In this document: positions 59,789-64,000 of the stretch, piece by piece
Layout: each line of letters starts with the position of its first letter
How positions within the stretch are numbered: position 1 is the stretch's first letter
Assembly: GCF_035594765.1 (NCBI RefSeq)
Contig: NC_085845.1
Location: forward strand, 21,818,024 to 21,882,023
Reading direction: 5' to 3'
Source: Anolis carolinensis
Lineage: Eukaryota
Length of the DNA: 64,000 nt
Notes under the pieces: model-generated
What the model was told of the DNA's origin: nothing
The model's database searches: none
Seen by the model: the letters and a program-made list of their open reading frames with translations, nothing else
Translations under genes and position numbers: made by a program

Positions 59789-62700
59789 ATTCTTCTTCTT
59801 ATTATTTTTTTTAAAAAGAATTACCATTTCTCAAACTTATTGTTCCTGGAACACTGAGGAGTGTTTGAAGTCAAAAGAAATATGTTGACACTAACAAAGG
59901 ATTACACATAGATTTATTCATACAAGAAGGGATACTTAGATGGTTCTACAGTGTGGCAACACATTGTTTATCCACATGGATTGCAGGCAGAGGTAACCCA
60001 TATTTTGATCAGGCAGGAGGATTCAACCCAAGATGATAACGTGAACTTGTTTAGACCACATGTCTTCCCATTCAGCATAGAAACTTGGTGAATGTCATAA
60101 CATGAGAGACAAAATAGCTAAGACAATCCAGCACATGTTTCCATTTAAAGGAGGTAGGGATCTTTTGATTATTGTCTCCTGTATTTCCTGGACAAGTGTT
60201 CCTCAACTTTAGATCTTGAAAATTATCAACATCGATCTACATAATTCTATCAAATTATCCTGTCAATAGACTTAAGGCTTTTTTCTCTTGAGCCTCTGAG
60301 GCTAACAGGTTTTATTTCCATTTACCAGAACTGTGAGACTATATCAAATGGAAGCAAGTGCTGCAGTGTTGTTGATGTCCATCCTTTGCTAAATAAGTCC
60401 CTCGTGTCACTTTTATAGAGAAAGGAAGTGGTTGTGTCATCAGCAGCCAATGTAATTGTTGTAATTTTGTCCTTTGTGGACTTTACAACTTGATCATATG
60501 GCAGATCAGGACATGGCATCAACCACTGCTGCATTAATTCTACTTGCTGCCTTTTTGCTGATGGTGCTTTTGTGTGCGAGTCCCAATAGTGATGGAGTAT
60601 CAAAGCTTAAAATGGTCTTAGACAACCCTGGCTTCAAAATGGGTAGCAGGCAACTGTAACTTATATTTCTGTTTCCCTGATTCTGTCTCCTTGTAGCTGC
60701 TTGTCCATTTATATGAACTTTCCTCATCTACAAAGGTTTCCACCTGTGATTGAGTGCACGTACCTTGCTCCTTTCTGCTAATGAAAATAGTTTCATGGTA
60801 TACGTAAAGGCTGTCCCTAGATGCTTTGCTGTCTGCCAAGTGACTAAATAAACAGCAAAAGGATATGCCCCAAAATTCCTTTCATTGACACGTGTACAAA
60901 ACAACCATTCAATTGCACGGTAGAAACTGTACACTATTTCCTTGGTATGCAGCTATTTAGGCAATTGCGATTGGGGTGACCCAGAAGCATGATTATTTTG
61001 ATTGGTCTTTCATTTAACATGGTGTAGATTCTTTTGTGATTGCAGCATCTATGATAGACATTTCAGTCTTCTAGAGAAGATTGTGACCTATTAAGCAAAG
61101 TGAGGTTATGATAATCATTTCCAGATTTGTCAGTATGGGGCAGAAATTCCAAATGGCTTTGGCAGCATTTTTCCTCTTATAGTGTGTATTTAGTCCAAGC
61201 CTAGTTAAGTGGCAGACTTCTATCTAACAAAAAGACATTTCCTTTTTTGGTATTTTGTAAAACTGCCTCTGAGCCGAACATGAGAAATAGTAGTGGTTTG
61301 CATTTTTGTTATTTTGGATGAAATTAGAGGAAGCACTCTATTTAGAGAGGTTGGAACATTAGCTGTTTGGAACAGAGTTGTGCTGTCTGGGAAGAATCAC
61401 ATTTTGATTCTGATGCAAAATATAATATGCCAAGAAAAAGAAGTGCTTGTTAATAGATGCCCTAACTATTGTGTTGATACATATTTGTAAACTGATATTA
61501 CAGTATTGTTGCTTTCAGGTGGTATGATCAGGAAACTTGTTTAATGTCTACATTTTTGTCTAATGCTTATGAAGAGTGGAAAACTGTAGTAAGAGAAGCC
61601 CTATACTACTTTATTTCTCCATTGATTTCCATCTATGACTGTGCTCTGAAGTGCTCGAGATAGTTACTTATTCAAGAGAAAGGTTCACCATCAAAGTGTT
61701 CCATGTTCCCATATACTGCAAAATATCAATAGTATCACTATAGTTTCAATTTTACCTATGATTGTGTTCTCAAGATGCAAGAGATACTTACTGAAGTCAG
61801 TTTGACACTGTTGTGGTGCTGTTTACATTATGTAGTATGTAGGAAAATGCACCTTCTTGATGGTGAATCCTTCAAAGCTGAATACTACTAAGTCTTTGTA
61901 ACATATAAAGCAACTATTTTGCTTGAAGAGTAGTAGATATGAGAAGACAGACCTTTGAGACAGTCTGCTCTGGAGATCCAAATCTAGAAGCTAGTTGTTG
62001 AATTACTGGTACTTCAGACCTGAGTTTATAAAAAATGTATTGGTTGTCAGAAGGAGAAACTAAGACAATTTAATGTAATATTGGAAAACCTTTTACATAT
62101 TGGGTTATTGTATTAATGCTGTTTATCCTGGCAGGAAGACAGAATTTCCCTGTTCAGAGGCAATATTACAACTGTAACTATCAGTAACTAAGAAGCAGTA
62201 TGTGAACTTTCTATAAGTTATCTTTTAGATACTGTTTAAGGAAGATAATACATTGGTGGATCATTGGATTAAAACTTAGTGCTGAATCTGTAACAAAACA
62301 ATTTGTCAAAGACCTGATATTCAGGTTAGAATACTGCTACTTTTTTAGCTCATGCTTAATACGTGGGTTGATCCTGTTTCGTTTGCTCTATTTGGAAGAG
62401 GAGCAGTGGAACAACGTGGAGTTGCAACTGTCTTTGGTTTCCCACTTATTTTTGGCTCAGTCCAAGATCCAACGTTTGCCTTCAAAACACAGTAAAACCA
62501 TCCTTTCACAGGAATTGCTTCATCCACATGAACCTGCTTGAGGTTTGAGTTCAATCACAGAGACCCTCATAGCAAGTGGAAACAAGTGGCCCACGTTTGT
62601 TGTATGGTGAAGCAGTGGAAGGATCTTCAAAGAAAATCTCATCATATCCCCTTCATGAGTACTTTTAAGTTAACTCCTTTATTGCAACTAGCATCTTTCA

Positions 62701-64000
62701 GTTGAGTCTCTTTGTTCTCATTCTGTAGTTTTTCATAGCCATTTATATAATGTTGTTTTGCTGTAATATTCTTGTTTTAATTCTGTGATGTAGAAGTTGA
62801 TTGCATAAAACTGTGTGTGTATTTTTTTCTTAGGAAAGCAAGTTATAAACCTCTAAATAATAATAAGGAAAGTAAGTCTAGGTTATGGGAGTTAATTGAG
62901 CTTTTTTAAAAATAAATAGTTTTAATGAAAACTAAATCATTTTTATAATGTTGTGGTACCTGATTACACTAGCTTTTTCAAAAAGTGTGCAGTTGTATAT
63001 ATGCTCCCTTAAGTTTTCTCTGGGTAACAGAAAACTACCTATTGTTTTAATTTGGTGTTGTTCAAATGTCAATGTCATCTAAACAGTAGCTGCCAATCTG
63101 ATAAGGTGGTGTGGTTAGCATCTTTCTGAAAAGAAAACACTTTCTGAAACAGAAGATGTGAGTTTGCATATAGAAAACTACACTAAAAATAAATTGATGT
63201 GGTTGAACGTGACCTTCCGAGGAAGAACGTGACCTGCCCCCCAGAGCTAAGCTTCTGTGTATTAATTACTTTCACTTTCCCATGGCTAGACTGTAGGAAG
63301 AGTTGAAGTGAGATCAACCCACACACAAAACATATATTGGCTGAGCATTATTTTGTGTCCACAAGTTTTGTTTGCTTTTGAACAAACAGAACTGTCCTAT
63401 GACTGTCAATACAGATAAATTCTCTAGTATCAGCTGCAGCTTCCAAGGAAACACTTTCTGAAAATCACTACTTTGCACACAATATATGGATTTAGGGTGG
63501 GTTTTTTTTTAATTTTAAAAGGGCAAGGTTTCATATGTGTCATACAGAGGGATAGAAAGAGGGGTGGGGTGTATGTGAATGTATCTGGATTTTTCCTCCA
63601 TTTTTGTCTTCCCAACAAAATATCTTCTTCTAAAAGATACACTCTGCTGTACATCAGTACTACATAAAATTGTTCTGCTTGGCCCACAAGCCGCTGGTAC
63701 CTGGTGAATTTCTAGGGAGGAAAAAAACAGTTGTAGCCAATGGGCACAAACATGGTATCTGGCCCTAGTATATTGGAAAGAAAATCTCCTTGTCCTCCAC
63801 ATCATATAACCTGAAAAATATTACTATGTAAGCAACAATTTCAGCAGCTGAGACATATTTGTAGGCTTCACTATGGACACTATGAAGCCTGGGTCATGAA
63901 TATCTTTGGATACAGAATTGAAAGACATCTGAATGAGTATGCAAAGAATTGTTGTAGCGCCTTTGAGACTGAGGGAAGAAGTTGTAGCTTAAGCATCAGA

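Noticed and set aside
1-64000. CRISPR array, operons or other prokaryotic systems
   Set aside because: The sequence is eukaryotic with spliceosomal introns, and no regularly spaced repeat-spacer array was seen.

Overview
Vertebrate genomic DNA, almost certainly from a squamate reptile. The Sauria SINEs and the Penelope, L2, CR1, RTE, hAT and Tc1/mariner repeat landscape fit an Anolis-type lizard. Two protein-coding genes lie on the + strand. The first is the last six coding exons of non-mammalian melanopsin OPN4x (1464-11192; its 5' exons are upstream of the window). The second is the 5' end of PDLIM5: CpG-island promoter near 44.0-44.5 kb, a non-coding first exon ending at 44301, the first coding exon 49578-49673, then a long intron running off the window. 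The rest is intergenic or intronic DNA full of TE fragments and MITEs. Main observations: (1) Penelope-derived minimal hammerhead ribozyme motifs, one with an intact core about 200 bp upstream of the PDLIM5 CpG island; (2) a Sauria SINE flanked by a ~130-bp duplication, one copy of which was later hit by a MITE; (3) a SINE body enclosed between the two arms of a Penelope insertion inside one 12-bp TSD; (4) hAT MITEs sharing one hairpin core but carrying different termini, including a perfect 74-bp-arm palindrome in PDLIM5 intron 1; (5) dense CArG/MEF2/MCAT/GATA motif clusters around PDLIM5; (6) a possible intronic-polyadenylation short isoform of OPN4x. TE family names come from motif recognition only, with no database search.
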